From an uncultured delta proteobacterium (GTDB lineage Bacteria; Desulfobacterota; Binatia; UBA9968), in the NCBI GenBank assembly GCA_963847445.1, contig CAWJZV010000025.1:119980-183979 (forward strand): a DNA stretch of 64,000 nt, given 5' to 3'. The notes under the pieces are model-generated. The model was not told where the DNA came from, made no database searches, and saw only the letters and a list, made by a program, of their open reading frames with translations. The position numbers and the translations under genes were made by a program. Shown here piece after piece: positions 13,158 to 22,974 of the stretch; the stretch's first letter is position 1, and every line of letters begins with the position of its first letter.

Positions 13158-13385
13158 CTACGCCTTCTTGGCTCCGACCACCACCAAGACAATCCCGCCG
13201 ACAAGCGCCAACCCGCCCAAGAGAGGGGAGAGCGGGATGGTCTTCTGGGTGTCGGCGGTGGCATGGATGGGACCGATATCGATAATCTTCTCGCGGCTGG
13301 TATAGGTGATGCCCTGGTAAGCAAAAGCGACGATTCCCAGAACGATCAGAGCGATCCCGACAAGCGTTATCGGATTGATGCGCAT
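13158..13385 (-). CDS. DUF3185-like small two-TM membrane protein, copy 1
   Basis: 75-aa ORF, two hydrophobic helices around YTSREKIIDIGP. Confidence 0.75.
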   Translation of the reverse strand: MRINPITLVGIALIVLGIVAFAYQGITYTSREKIIDIGPIHATADTQKTIPLSPLLGGLALVGGIVLVVVGAKKA

Positions 13386-13421
13386 AAGAATCCATTCCTT
13401 GTCACAACGCCGAAATGGCTC

Positions 13422-13568
13422 CTAGACTCTGCGTCCCTGAACCAAATTGATCACTAGCATCACCAGGGCAATGACCAATAGGATGTGCACGAATCCACCC
13501 ATCGTGTACGAAGTGACCAATCCCAGCGCCCACAGGACCAAAAGAATCACAAAAATAGTCCAAAGCAT
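13422..13568 (-). CDS. lmo0937-family small membrane protein, copy 1 (48 aa)
   Basis: MLWTIFVILLVLWALGLVTSYTMGGFVHILLVIALVMLVINLVQGRRV, AGGAG RBS. Confidence 0.8.
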   Translation of the reverse strand: MLWTIFVILLVLWALGLVTSYTMGGFVHILLVIALVMLVINLVQGRRV

Positions 13569-14140
13569 GGTTCAACTCCTTTCTCTACTAATGTCTTCAT
13601 TGGAACTTCTCCGTTTGGTAAGGCCAATGAGCAAGATTGATGCACAGTTCTTCATCTCTGCAACTCGTTGACGCGACTTGAATTTATTTTTTAGGAAGTC
13701 GCATCGCTGACAATTACCCAAGGGTAATTTTGCGAGAATGCGAATCTGCTAAGACTAGGCGAGCCGCTCAATTGTGTGAAACGCGGAGCTGAACAATTGG
13801 GTTCTCGTAATATCTACGCTTACGCGGGCGGGGAATTGTCGTGCAAACGCCATTACACTTCTGGGCAATGTTCTGAGAATCACCGCGCGCATAAAAACAT
13901 CTGCGCTGGCATGGCTTGTGCCTTTCCAAGGGTTAAGAAGAAAGCGTAACTGAATGAAAGGGGATTATCATGATACGAGCAAATGGTTCCTTAGGATGAC
14001 GGGCGGGACCGCGTGATGATTGACGCGCAGCTAAAGCGACCTTTGAAATAACCAAAAAATAGCCAGCGCAATGAGAGTCGTGATCGCCGGTATAGTAAGC
14101 GCCATGCTGGTCGCAGGGAGAAAAGGCTATGGACCGAGGG

Positions 14141-14160
14141 GGCGGGGCAATTGCCCCGCC
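14141..14160 (-). terminator. GC-rich hairpin, probable terminator downstream of the lipoprotein gene
   Basis: Perfect palindrome GGCGGGGCAATTGCCCCGCC about 20 nt after stop at 14183; no clear U-tract. Confidence 0.5.
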
Positions 14161-14182
14161 CGCGAAGACGAGCGACGCGAGT

Positions 14183-14419
14183 TTACTTGCCCTTCGCCTC
14201 TTCGATCGCCTTGTCGACCTGCTTGCCGGCTTTTTCGACGGGTCCCTCGGGGTTGATCTTGTCCTTTGCAGCCTCGACCGCCTGGTCGACCTGCTTGCCA
14301 GCCTTCTCGACGGTTCCTTCGCGCTCGCAGCCGACACCCACTAACGCGCCACCCAGCACCAGCAACGCGCTAGCAACTACTCGGATCATTTTTTGTTGAA
14401 CTCCACTGTATGTATTCAT
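14183..14419 (-). CDS. Small lipoprotein with tandem EKAGKQVD repeats (stress/LEA-like)
   Basis: Lipobox GVGC, repeated VEKAGKQVD. Confidence 0.7.
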   Translation of the reverse strand: MNTYSGVQQKMIRVVASALLVLGGALVGVGCEREGTVEKAGKQVDQAVEAAKDKINPEGPVEKAGKQVDKAIEEAKGK

Positions 14420-14487
14420 GGATTTTTTTCCTCTAGGAACAATAACCACGTTGGTTATTTGGCTTTAATTCTAAAAGATGTTGTCGG

Positions 14488-14679
14488 TCAGGCGTCCTTC
14501 ACCTTATCGACCGCCTTCTCCGCGGCATCTTTCACCTTATCCACCACCTTCTCCGCTGCTACCTTCACCTTGCCCACCGCCTGATCGAGCTTCCCCTCTC
14601 GTTTCAAGCGTTCGTCATCCGTCAGCGCCCCCGCTGCCTCTTTGATCCGCCCTTTGATCTGGTCGGTTTTTCCACTCAT
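14488..14679 (-). CDS. csbD: CsbD family general stress protein
   Basis: MSGKTDQIKGRIKEAAGALTDDERLKREGKLDQAVGKVK is the CsbD pattern. Confidence 0.85.
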   Translation of the reverse strand: MSGKTDQIKGRIKEAAGALTDDERLKREGKLDQAVGKVKVAAEKVVDKVKDAAEKAVDKVKDA

Positions 14680-14880
14680 TGCCGTGCTCCTTTCGTTCAC
14701 TGAGGCGCCCGCTCGTGCGCTCGCCTCGTGTGGTTGTGCGGCACCGGGCCGCGTAGTTAATAAGGTCCTGTCTTTGTGCAACTGTCTGTCATGTTTAACC
14801 CTTCAGCATTGTCCAGTATTCATGCAGGCGAGCGGTAAGTGGCTGAGCGCGCTTGTTTTAGCGGACTATCGTCTCGGTCG

Positions 14881-15849
14881 TCAGCGAAGATTCTGGAAAC
14901 CTAAAATTTGTGCCAAAATCGTCTCCAAGATGGAATAATTTCCGTTATCGAAGCGGCCATATCGATAACGGCTATTGTAACCATCCTCATAACCGCGCCG
15001 GAAGCCCTCACGGAAGTAGTGGTTGTAATCGGCCCGGCTTACGTAATAGCCGTTGTAACCGTAGTTTGCGTCCCGATAGGCATAAGAGTCTTTGTAGTTG
15101 GAACGCCAACGGTCGTCGTGGTCGGCTATGCCGGCGCGGAAGCCTTCTTCATAACCATACCTGACCGCTTGGCGTAGCGCCCGCGCGCCATATTCGTTGA
15201 TTTGGTAGTACATGCCGCCGCGATTGTAACGATAGATCGGCGGGGTGTAAAAATACGGATCATTGTCGTAGTCGAACCGATGGTCCCGTAAATAGATCTG
15301 CTGCTGCCGTAGGCGCTCAAGATACTCTTGCTGAAAGCGATACTGAGCCCTGCGCCTTTCCTGCTGTAGCCGCGCTGCATGCTCTCGGGCGAGACGCTCC
15401 TGCTGTTCCAAATGTAGCCGGTACTGCTCTGCCTGTTGTCGCTGCTCTTTGATCCGCTGTTGCTGCTGCTGCTGTGACAGACGCTGTTGTTGTCTCTGTT
15501 CCTGAATTTGCTCTTGCTTCTGTTGCTGCACGCGCTGCTGCTGGATTTGCTCCGATTGGCGCTCAATCCGCTCGCGCTGCTGCTCCTGCCACGCGCGTAT
15601 TTCATTCCGCTCCCGCTCAGATTCTCGCTGCGCTTTCTCCTGTTGCTGCTGCTTTTGCTCTTGCTCGGATTTTTTTTGCGCCCTGTCTTGCTGCTGGTCT
15701 TCTTTGCGTTGTTGCTGCTTTTCGTCCTTTTCACGTTTTTGCTGTTCTGGCGATTGTCGCTGGCCATCGGCCGCTATGCCGATCCCCGCCAATGACAGGG
15801 TGCTGATAACCAGCGCCATCGCGAGCTGATCCCGAATATTAAGTTTCAT
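14881..15849 (-). CDS. Secreted Gln/Glu/Arg-rich coiled-coil protein with Tyr/Gly-rich C-terminal repeats
   Basis: Signal peptide, long low-complexity Q-rich segment, repeated GYEEGFRAG / FREGFRRGYEDGY. Confidence 0.7.
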   Translation of the reverse strand: MKLNIRDQLAMALVISTLSLAGIGIAADGQRQSPEQQKREKDEKQQQRKEDQQQDRAQKKSEQEQKQQQQEKAQRESERERNEIRAWQEQQRERIERQSEQIQQQRVQQQKQEQIQEQRQQQRLSQQQQQQRIKEQRQQAEQYRLHLEQQERLAREHAARLQQERRRAQYRFQQEYLERLRQQQIYLRDHRFDYDNDPYFYTPPIYRYNRGGMYYQINEYGARALRQAVRYGYEEGFRAGIADHDDRWRSNYKDSYAYRDANYGYNGYYVSRADYNHYFREGFRRGYEDGYNSRYRYGRFDNGNYSILETILAQILGFQNLR

Positions 15850-16061
15850 GATACTCCTCCGAATGCTTAAGGCGCGTAACTTCTAGATCACGCGAAGTTA
15901 TGTTTGTTTCTACGAGTCGCTATATCTTGATGAAGATGCTTTTGATCCCCAGGAGGGTTACAGGAGCAGTACACTTCTCCAGCGGCCTGGTCGGTGATTT
16001 TTTGTGCACGCGACCAACCGCGCCGGGTGACGTGCCTCTATTGCACGCTAGACCGTTCTCG

Positions 16062-16139
16062 CTAGATTTGTCCCCTCATGAACTCCACGGCCAGCCAAGT
16101 GGCGACGATTACGATCGCCAATATCCAAAGTAGATCCAT
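16062..16139 (-). CDS. 25-aa hydrophobic mini-protein, copy 2
   Basis: MDLLWILAIVIVATWLAVEFMRGQI, GGAGG RBS. Confidence 0.6.
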   Translation of the reverse strand: MDLLWILAIVIVATWLAVEFMRGQI

Positions 16140-16222
16140 TTCTCTTACCTCCATCTCGTGTCCAACTCGTCGCAGTTTCATCCAAGGCTGATTGCGGCCA
16201 AGACCTTGCACCCCAAGTTGAA

Positions 16223-16450
16223 CTACGCCTTCTTGGCTCCGACCACCACCAAGACAATCCCGCCGACAAGCGCCAACCCGCCCAAGAGAGGGGAGAGCGG
16301 GATGGTCTTCTGGGTGTCGGCGGTGGCATGGATGGGACCAATATCGATAACCGTCTCGCGGCTGGTGTAGGTGATGCCCTGGTAAGCAAAAGCGACGATC
16401 CCCAGAACGATCAGAGCGATCCCGACAAGCGTTATCGGATTGATGCGCAT
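16223..16450 (-). CDS. DUF3185-like small membrane protein, copy 2
   Basis: 73/75 aa identical to copy 1. Confidence 0.75.
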   Translation of the reverse strand: MRINPITLVGIALIVLGIVAFAYQGITYTSRETVIDIGPIHATADTQKTIPLSPLLGGLALVGGIVLVVVGAKKA

Positions 16451-16486
16451 AAGATTCCTTTCTTCGTCAGAACGCCGAGATCGCTA

Positions 16487-16633
16487 CTAGATTCTGCGTC
16501 CCTGAACCAAATTGACCACTAGCATCACCAGGGCAATGACCAATAGGATGTGAACGAATCCACCCATCGTGTACGAAGTGACCAATCCCAGCGCCCACAT
16601 GACCAAAAGAATCACAAAAATAGTCCAAAGCAT
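16487..16633 (-). CDS. lmo0937-family small membrane protein, copy 2
   Basis: MLWTIFVILLVMWALGLVTSYTMGGFVHILLVIALVMLVVNLVQGRRI. Confidence 0.8.
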   Translation of the reverse strand: MLWTIFVILLVMWALGLVTSYTMGGFVHILLVIALVMLVVNLVQGRRI

Positions 16634-16675
16634 GTTTCAACTCCTTTCTATAAAGAACTCACCCTGTCGGGTTTC

Positions 16676-16975
16676 CTATCCGCCCAATGTCTCTCGCCGT
16701 TCTTGCTTTTCAACCTTCTCTTGGGCCTCCGCAGCGGCGTCACCTGAGCAGCAACCATGGCTCAAAAGTTCCTTGCCTTTTTCGACGATTGCTTCGCTGG
16801 TCTCGCGCAGCTTGTTGCTCTGCTGACTTAGGTAGTCGAGGGCCTCAGTGCTGCGCTCACGAAGCAATTCCCGGGTCTCTTTACGCGCGAGCAGCGCGGC
16901 CACCAGCGCACCGATGGCCCCTAAACCCAGACCGATCAGCAATAAGGAGAATCTAGATTCACCGTTGGTTCTCAT
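16676..16975 (-). CDS. YtxH-domain general stress protein
   Basis: LLIGLGLGAIGALVAALLARKETRELL; GAGGAGG RBS. Confidence 0.75.
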   Translation of the reverse strand: MRTNGESRFSLLLIGLGLGAIGALVAALLARKETRELLRERSTEALDYLSQQSNKLRETSEAIVEKGKELLSHGCCSGDAAAEAQEKVEKQERRETLGG

Positions 16976-17022
16976 CCGTTTATCCTCCTCTCTTGTTACG
17001 CTCACGCCGATACCGTCTGTCT

Positions 17023-17334
17023 CTAACGCTTGATCACTTGCAGGTTATTGACGACCTGTCTGACGCCCTTTACCTGCCCGGCAACCGTTCCAGCGCGCGA
17101 CTTCTCCTGGGCGGTCTCGACTTCGCCGGTAAGGACGACAATGCCGTTGTTGGTCTCGACGCCCACACGGGTCAGGGTGTTAACCCGCTCTCCTGCGAGT
17201 GCGGTCTTCACATAGGTCGTCAGGGTGCCGTCATCGATGTTCTGTCCCGCGGTCTCACCGGTCATGGCTTGGCAGCCGGCTATCAAGAGTAGAAATGCCA
17301 CCATCGCGGTAAACTTTTTCAATGCCCGTATCAT
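17023..17334 (-). CDS. BON-domain lipoprotein (OsmY-like)
   Basis: Lipobox IAGC; DDGTLTTYVKTAL..VETNNGIVVLTGEV..VKGVRQVVNNL. Confidence 0.88.
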   Translation of the reverse strand: MIRALKKFTAMVAFLLLIAGCQAMTGETAGQNIDDGTLTTYVKTALAGERVNTLTRVGVETNNGIVVLTGEVETAQEKSRAGTVAGQVKGVRQVVNNLQVIKR

Positions 17335-17425
17335 AAATAACTCCTTTTCCCTGTTACTTGTTTCTTGGTTACCCGCTCGATTCGCTTAAACGAACAGAAC
17401 GGATATGCGAAAATCTCCTCGGCCG

Positions 17426-17653
17426 CTAGTAAATGAGCGATCCTGACTCGATCTGTTTCTTACGCTCTTCGTATTCTCGACGCGATATTCTTTCGGCTTT
17501 GTAGTCCTCCTCGAGCTGCTGCATCTCGCGATAGGCGTTATATTCGTAAGCCGCTCCTGTTCCGCCAGCCCCCACCGCTGCTCCACCCAAGAATGCGCAA
17601 CCGCTTTGACCGAGAGCTACTAGCATCACTAACAGCAACATTAATTTTTTCAT
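17426..17653 (-). CDS. Small lipoprotein, hypothetical
   Basis: Lipobox QSGC, glycine-rich segment, AGGAGG RBS. Confidence 0.65.
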   Translation of the reverse strand: MKKLMLLLVMLVALGQSGCAFLGGAAVGAGGTGAAYEYNAYREMQQLEEDYKAERISRREYEERKKQIESGSLIY

Positions 17654-17889
17654 TTTAGACCTCCTCCTTAGTTAGGTCTTGCGCCTCTGGAAATTTACCT
17701 AATGCAATTTCGATGCACAGGTTTTGATGATTGGATTTGCGCGGTTCTCACGATGTTTATGTTCTGGGATTTTTCATTCTTGGCAATTATGAGGGGGACG
17801 ATTCGCAAGGTTGGAAAATTTTACAGTTCAAGTAGTCACGGTCAGGGTGAAAACCGCGTGCAATCGAACCTGCTAATGCGCCGTAGGCG

Positions 17890-17904
17890 TGGCACGTCCG
17901 TTGC
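17890..17904 (+). promoter_or_regulatory. Sigma-54 -24/-12 promoter
   Basis: TGGCACGTCCGTTGC, exact consensus, 40 nt upstream of ORF 17944. Confidence 0.8.
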
Positions 17905-17943
17905 TCAATTGCTTCAGTAGAGAAAGGAGCTACCGAGATCGTT

Positions 17944-18559
17944 ATGAGCGATGGTTTAAACAGCGCTGGTGATTCAAACTTCTACAAGCGACGCATGATC
18001 AGATTAGCGGCGCCGGTGTTGCTGTTTTTCATTCTGTTTTCTGGCTGCGGGATACCGGTTTCGCGAACGACGATTATTCCTAAAGGAGTTGCGGAAAGCC
18101 CAGAACACTTAATGGCAAAGCTCGATTTGCTGAAAACGGGAATGGAAATCGGCGAAGTGTTTGAACTGCTCGATATCAAGCGAACCACACCAGGGGTGCG
18201 GGAATTCGTGACCGCTGAAGAAAAACAAAGACTCTTGTATGGCGCCAGCCAGATGATCGGCTCTCCAAACGAACTCGAACAATTCCGGGGTCACCTGGGC
18301 AAAGCATCGAATTTTCGAAATAAAGTTCCGCGATATTGAGAATCGTTTGCTTTTCGATTCCGCTGTTTCTGTGCTCACCACGAAAGCCGGGCCGGATTTC
18401 ATCAGCTATGTGGTCTTTTATGAAGGCAAGCTGATCAATCCGCCGAGTAAGCCTGACAATTTCTATCAGGAAGAGGCGACAAGGATTTATATAAGCGACT
18501 TGTTCGGAACCATTTTCAGGGTTGGGGCGACACGAGGAGTCGGTTCGCTCGGCAACTAG
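17944..18559 (+). CDS. Hypothetical lipoprotein (frameshift near 18300)
   Basis: Lipobox FSGC; ORFs 17944-18339 and 18347-18559 appear to be one gene. Confidence 0.55.
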
Positions 18560-18854
18560 AATTTGCCGTACTAGCGGCGCTTTCGTGGGAGTTCAAAGTA
18601 CCCGGTCTCAACAGTCATCACGTTGGAGCACTTTCACCGGTGCTGAGCAAATTGAAACCACTGATCAGGCGCAAAACGGATAGCTATATTCCGTTCATCC
18701 CGAGCGCTGCTGCGCCGATGAGAAAACCCCTGGTGTTTTTGCGCGCCACTGCTCGCTGCAAAAAAGTCGCCGTAGAGCGTTTTGCAGCTGCTATCGACTA
18801 CCGCTTTGAGGCACCAATTTGGGCGTGTCAGTGTCACTCTTGGCCGGACCGATG

Positions 18855-19706
18855 CTACGCATGGGCACGTAAATAACCGAAGGCCGGCGCGGGTTTGGCC
18901 TGGTGATAGAAATCCATGAGTTGGTACACTCGCCGTGGCATGTCGGTGCTTACCGGAAAGCCCAACTTTTGCGCGGCTTGCACGGTAATCGGAAAGTCAT
19001 GGGTCCAGCGGCCTTCGCTCAACACGACTGCCAGTTCCTCGGCCTTTTTACGGGGCAGGCGCTTAGTCAAAATATCCGCGATAAAGCTGGCTACCTGCAC
19101 CCGGGCTTTCACCGCCATATCAGCTATCATCAACGTTTCGTCGCTCGCGGTGTGCTTTTTTATCTCAACGACCTTGAGAATAGATGAAGCAGCGACTTCG
19201 CCGATTTGCGGATCGACGGGCCCGAGCACGGCGTTGCGATCCATGACGATCTCGGCGGCCGCCAATGCGATCATCGTGCCGCCACTCATCGCATAATGGG
19301 GAATGAACACAGTGACCTTACCCTTATGCTCGGAAAGCGCCTTGGCAATTTGCTCAGCGGCCAGCACGAGCCCGCCGGGCGTGTGCAGGATCAGATCGAT
19401 CGGCTGCTCGTCAGGAGTAAGTCGAATCGCGCGCAAGACTGCTTCAGAGTCTTCGATGTTGATGTAGCTTGACACTTGCACGCCGAAGATACTCTGGCTG
19501 TCCTGCCTGTGGATGAGCGCAATCACCCGCGACTTACGCTCGCTCTGAAACTGATCGAAGACGCTATCGCGCGCTTTCTGGGTGGTGTCGCGCTGGCCGA
19601 ATACTTGAAGCAGCACCACACCGGTAAGCACCAGCCAGAAAATCATACGTGCTGTTTGCGCGAGCTTGAACCAGATACTCGTTCTGGCCTGGGTTTCACT
19701 AGTCAT
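18855..19706 (-). CDS. SDH/DUF114 ClpP-fold serine protease, membrane-anchored
   Basis: IDLILHTPGG, PHYAMSGGTMIALAA, LGPVDPQ, GRWTHDFPI. Confidence 0.88.
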   Translation of the reverse strand: MTSETQARTSIWFKLAQTARMIFWLVLTGVVLLQVFGQRDTTQKARDSVFDQFQSERKSRVIALIHRQDSQSIFGVQVSSYINIEDSEAVLRAIRLTPDEQPIDLILHTPGGLVLAAEQIAKALSEHKGKVTVFIPHYAMSGGTMIALAAAEIVMDRNAVLGPVDPQIGEVAASSILKVVEIKKHTASDETLMIADMAVKARVQVASFIADILTKRLPRKKAEELAVVLSEGRWTHDFPITVQAAQKLGFPVSTDMPRRVYQLMDFYHQAKPAPAFGYLRAHA

Positions 19707-20793
19707 GGTTCTGTGAGAGCCTTAAGGCGCCAAAGCTAACCAGTTTTTTCTGGTCTTCGTCGTACAGACTCAGCCACGCCGAATTGAGGCTGGTACGGAT
19801 AGTCAACGGTTCGACTGCCTGGAACGCCGGGACGTTATCGTAACAGCGCTGCAGATTGTAATTGGGAATAGTCGGCCGGGCGTGATGAATATGATGCAGA
19901 CCGATGTTGCCGGTGAACCACTGGAGAATTTTCGGCAGCTTCAAATAGGAGCTGCCTTGCAGTGCTACTCTCGCCGGATCCCAAGATTCATGGCGCGCCC
20001 AATAGACGTTCTCAAACTGGTGCTGGAGATAGAACAACCACAAGCCCAAAGAGCCGGCAATCGCGATCACGGGAAACTGAATCAACAGATATGTCCTTAG
20101 ACCGATCGTTAAACTCGCGACAACGACAACGAGCAGAATCGCCAGGTTAGTGAACGCCACACTGATGCGCTCGCGCTTTTTGGCAGCGTTGCTGGAAAAT
20201 CGCTGAACGAACAAAAACAGCAGTACCGGACCGGGAATAAACAGGATGAACGGATTGCGATAGATTCGATAGGCGAGCCGCTTGCGTCGGGGCGCGGCCA
20301 AATATTCCTCTGTCGTCATCGTCCAAATATCGCCGGTGCCGCGCCGGTCGAGGTCGCCGGCCGTGGCGTGATGCACGGCGTGAGTATAGCGCCAGTCTGC
20401 AAACGGTGTAAAAATCAAGATGCCTGAGATATAACCCAGGATTGTATTTGCCCGCCGGGATGGCAAGAAAGAACCATGACAACAGTCATGGAACAAAATA
20501 AAAATACGGACAAGGAGTCCTGCCGCGATCACGGCCAAAGCCAGAGTGATCCAATAGGGATACTCCTGCCGCACGGCATGGAGCATTAAAGCCCAGAGGA
20601 CACCATAAGGAATAAACGTGTCGAGGAGTTGCCAGCACGCTTTTCGGAAATTCGCCTGAGCGTACTTGCGCGTGATCTCCGATAAATCGTAATTGGATGG
20701 CTTAGCTTTTCCCGAGTCGTCAGCCGTGCGATCTCTAACGACTTCAGGAATCGGCTGGCCGACCAGCACGTCTTGATTCACGACAGTGCCCAC
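19699..20793 (-). CDS. Membrane fatty acid desaturase
   Basis: His boxes HDCCH, HAVHH, HHIHH. Confidence 0.92.
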   Translation of the reverse strand: MGTVVNQDVLVGQPIPEVVRDRTADDSGKAKPSNYDLSEITRKYAQANFRKACWQLLDTFIPYGVLWALMLHAVRQEYPYWITLALAVIAAGLLVRIFILFHDCCHGSFLPSRRANTILGYISGILIFTPFADWRYTHAVHHATAGDLDRRGTGDIWTMTTEEYLAAPRRKRLAYRIYRNPFILFIPGPVLLFLFVQRFSSNAAKKRERISVAFTNLAILLVVVVASLTIGLRTYLLIQFPVIAIAGSLGLWLFYLQHQFENVYWARHESWDPARVALQGSSYLKLPKILQWFTGNIGLHHIHHARPTIPNYNLQRCYDNVPAFQAVEPLTIRTSLNSAWLSLYDEDQKKLVSFGALRLSQNHD

Positions 20794-20809
20794 AGTGGAA
20801 CGCGATCAT

Positions 20810-21112
20810 CTATCCGCCCACGCCTTCGCGCTTTTCTTCTTCGTAAGCCTGCCTTTCGCCTTCGGCACGGGACTGCACCGACTCGTGGCCTTGGCAGGCA
20901 ATGAAGTTTCGGCCTTTTTTCACGGCTGCTTTACTGCTCTCTCGAAGCTTTTGTCCTTGCTCCTTGAGGTAATCAAGGCTCTTGGCTCCGCGCTCCAGTA
21001 CTTTCTCACGCGTCTCTTTGCGCGCCAGCAGCGCAGCGATGAGCGCACCGACGGCGCCGATGCCAATGCCAACTAGCAAGGTGGGGATTCTAGGTTCAGC
21101 TTCGGTTCTCAT
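20810..21112 (-). CDS. YtxH-domain protein (paralog of 16676-16975)
   Basis: LLVGIGIGAVGALIAALLARKETREKV. Confidence 0.75.
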   Translation of the reverse strand: MRTEAEPRIPTLLVGIGIGAVGALIAALLARKETREKVLERGAKSLDYLKEQGQKLRESSKAAVKKGRNFIACQGHESVQSRAEGERQAYEEEKREGVGG

Positions 21113-21187
21113 GTCTCTTCTCCGTCGGGCGTTTTCGTTTAAACATGACCGCCCTGAACATGTTCAGCTTTTCCTCCGCTGAATATC

Positions 21188-21202
21188 GCAAAACATATGC
21201 CT
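21188..21202 (-). promoter_or_regulatory. Probable sigma-54 promoter
   Basis: Minus strand AGGCATATGTTTTGC upstream of ytxH-desaturase-SDH operon. Confidence 0.55.
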
Positions 21203-21744
21203 CAGACTGTCGGCGAATTGGGCAAAAACTCAAGCCGGCGTAGCCGTTGGTAAAAGCGCGCTTGCCAGTAGCTGACATCATCGCCGTATGCGTCCAGCCG
21301 GTTGGGCCACCGCCGCGGCGACGCGCTCGAACATGCCGTCGGGCTGTCTCGATCAGCGCGCCGTTACCGTCGCGCCGCAGATAACGCTGGCGCAGAACTT
21401 CCATGGCGGTTCGGAAAGCCGCTGGCGGTTCAGGCTCAGCTCGCGTCGACACTGACATGGCCTGCAAAGATTTCTCCTTGTCCGATAGCTTGGCTGACGC
21501 AATCCTGGTGCCTCGCGGCCAGGGCAATTTCTCCGAGCCATTGACGATAGCAGCTGATCACACTTGTCATTTCCGCGACGACGGCTGGCGGCGTTTCTCA
21601 GGGTTGCAAATCGCTGGCGTCGATAGCGGGGCGCACCGGTTACTACCAGGCAATCCTCAATAAAGCCGGCTGGTTCGTCCTTTGCTAACTCTCTTAGTGC
21701 GAGACGATGTTGTGAGCGACCGCAATGCAGAAAGGGCGATTCCT

Positions 21745-22233
21745 ATGACTTATGAAAAGAGCTGGTCGGATTGGTGGCGGCAGTTTCTCGGTGTCTCTGC
21801 CGGGGGTTACGACCACGTTGTCAAGATTCTTTGCGCCCGTTACGTGGAAGAGATGCAGCATGTGCAGCGCTATACCGAGCACGCCGAACGCATGCAGTAT
21901 CCGCAGTTTCGCGAGAAACTCTTGCGCATCGCCGCGGATGAGGCGCGCCACGCCGAGTGGCTGGCGGAAAAGATCACACTCTTTGGCGGCAAGATTCCCA
22001 ACGTGCCGAAAGAGCCGCCGACGACGAAAAACAGCTGGCAATATTTACTGGGCGATCTCGAAGAAGAAAAGCACTGCTCGGACGATCTGATTGAAGTAAT
22101 GCAGACCGTCCGCAACGAGCTCCCGGATATCGCCGCGATGCTCGAACGGATCTACGAAGACAGCGAAAGACATCGCAGCGAGATTCGCGGCATGCTGATG
22201 CGCAGCGACCCGCAGTCGATCTGGCCGGCGTGA
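21745..22233 (+). CDS. Ferritin-like (rubrerythrin/DUF) domain protein
   Basis: Di-iron type motifs YVEE, DEARH, EEE, DSERH. Confidence 0.8.
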   Translation: MTYEKSWSDWWRQFLGVSAGGYDHVVKILCARYVEEMQHVQRYTEHAERMQYPQFREKLLRIAADEARHAEWLAEKITLFGGKIPNVPKEPPTTKNSWQYLLGDLEEEKHCSDDLIEVMQTVRNELPDIAAMLERIYEDSERHRSEIRGMLMRSDPQSIWPA

Positions 22234-22722
22234 GCAGAAGGATTTGGCCGCAAAGAGCGCAGCGTCGGCACAGCTGCAACCAAGAGAAGAGTGTCGCAAC
22301 GGGAATTGGTCACAACTGACACGAAGGCGCGGAAGTTCTACACCGAGTTCGGAAGTTTATCGTTCACTCGCAAAACTCTGTTGGCATCTCGCAGTATCTG
22401 CGGGTCCGATGGCTGCAAGCGCAGTGCAGTGCATCCTAGAACCGATCTTAGCTGCAGAGGTTTGCCAGCGATCACGGCATCAACCTCCCTGAATTGACAC
22501 CCTTCGTTTCGCCAGACTTCAGCTGGCGGCAAGACGCGAGGTCCATTCCGCTACTCGGATAGAGCCACCAGGTTCATCGCATCGCAGGCAAGCGCGCTCA
22601 ATGATGCCATCGCTAGGTCCGAGCGAGAGCAGTGATGCGCTCGCCAGATGCCGAGAGAATCGCCGATCACATGTTCGCGAACGCTCCTACGCATCGCGGC
22701 AAGATGCGTGCATCGCCGATCC

Positions 22723-22960
22723 ATGACGAACATGAGTGACTGCGAGCTCCCGACGCTGAGTCGATATGCACAGCCACGCCGAACTTGGCGTATTTGCGCC
22801 TTGGCGAGAGGAATTGCCGGAATCGGAGAATCGAATCAGGAAACCCGGAATATAGAGCCGACTTCCCGGACATCGTCAGGTTGCTCGATCGGATCGAGGC
22901 GGACGCCGAAAAAAATTGCGCAGGAAATCCGCGCGCTGCTGTTGACGGCGCGACTACCCG
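22723..22960 (+). pseudogene. Degenerate remnant of a ferritin-like paralog
   Basis: DFPDIVRLLDRIEADAEK..EIRALLL resembles ELPDIAAMLERIYEDSERHRSEIRGML of the upstream gene. Confidence 0.4.
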
Positions 22961-22974
22961 GTCGCCCGGGCAGC

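Larger units (their letters stand above)
12995..13585. repeat. ~590-bp direct repeat, copy 1 (three small genes)
   Basis: Near-identical to 16062-16650. Confidence 0.92.
16062..16650. repeat. ~590-bp direct repeat, copy 2
   Basis: Near-identical to 12995-13585. Confidence 0.92.

Noticed and set aside
21200-21660. Overlapping ORFs in the gap between ytxH and the ferritin-like gene
   Set aside because: No recognisable motif, RBS or consistent frame; treated as non-coding or decayed
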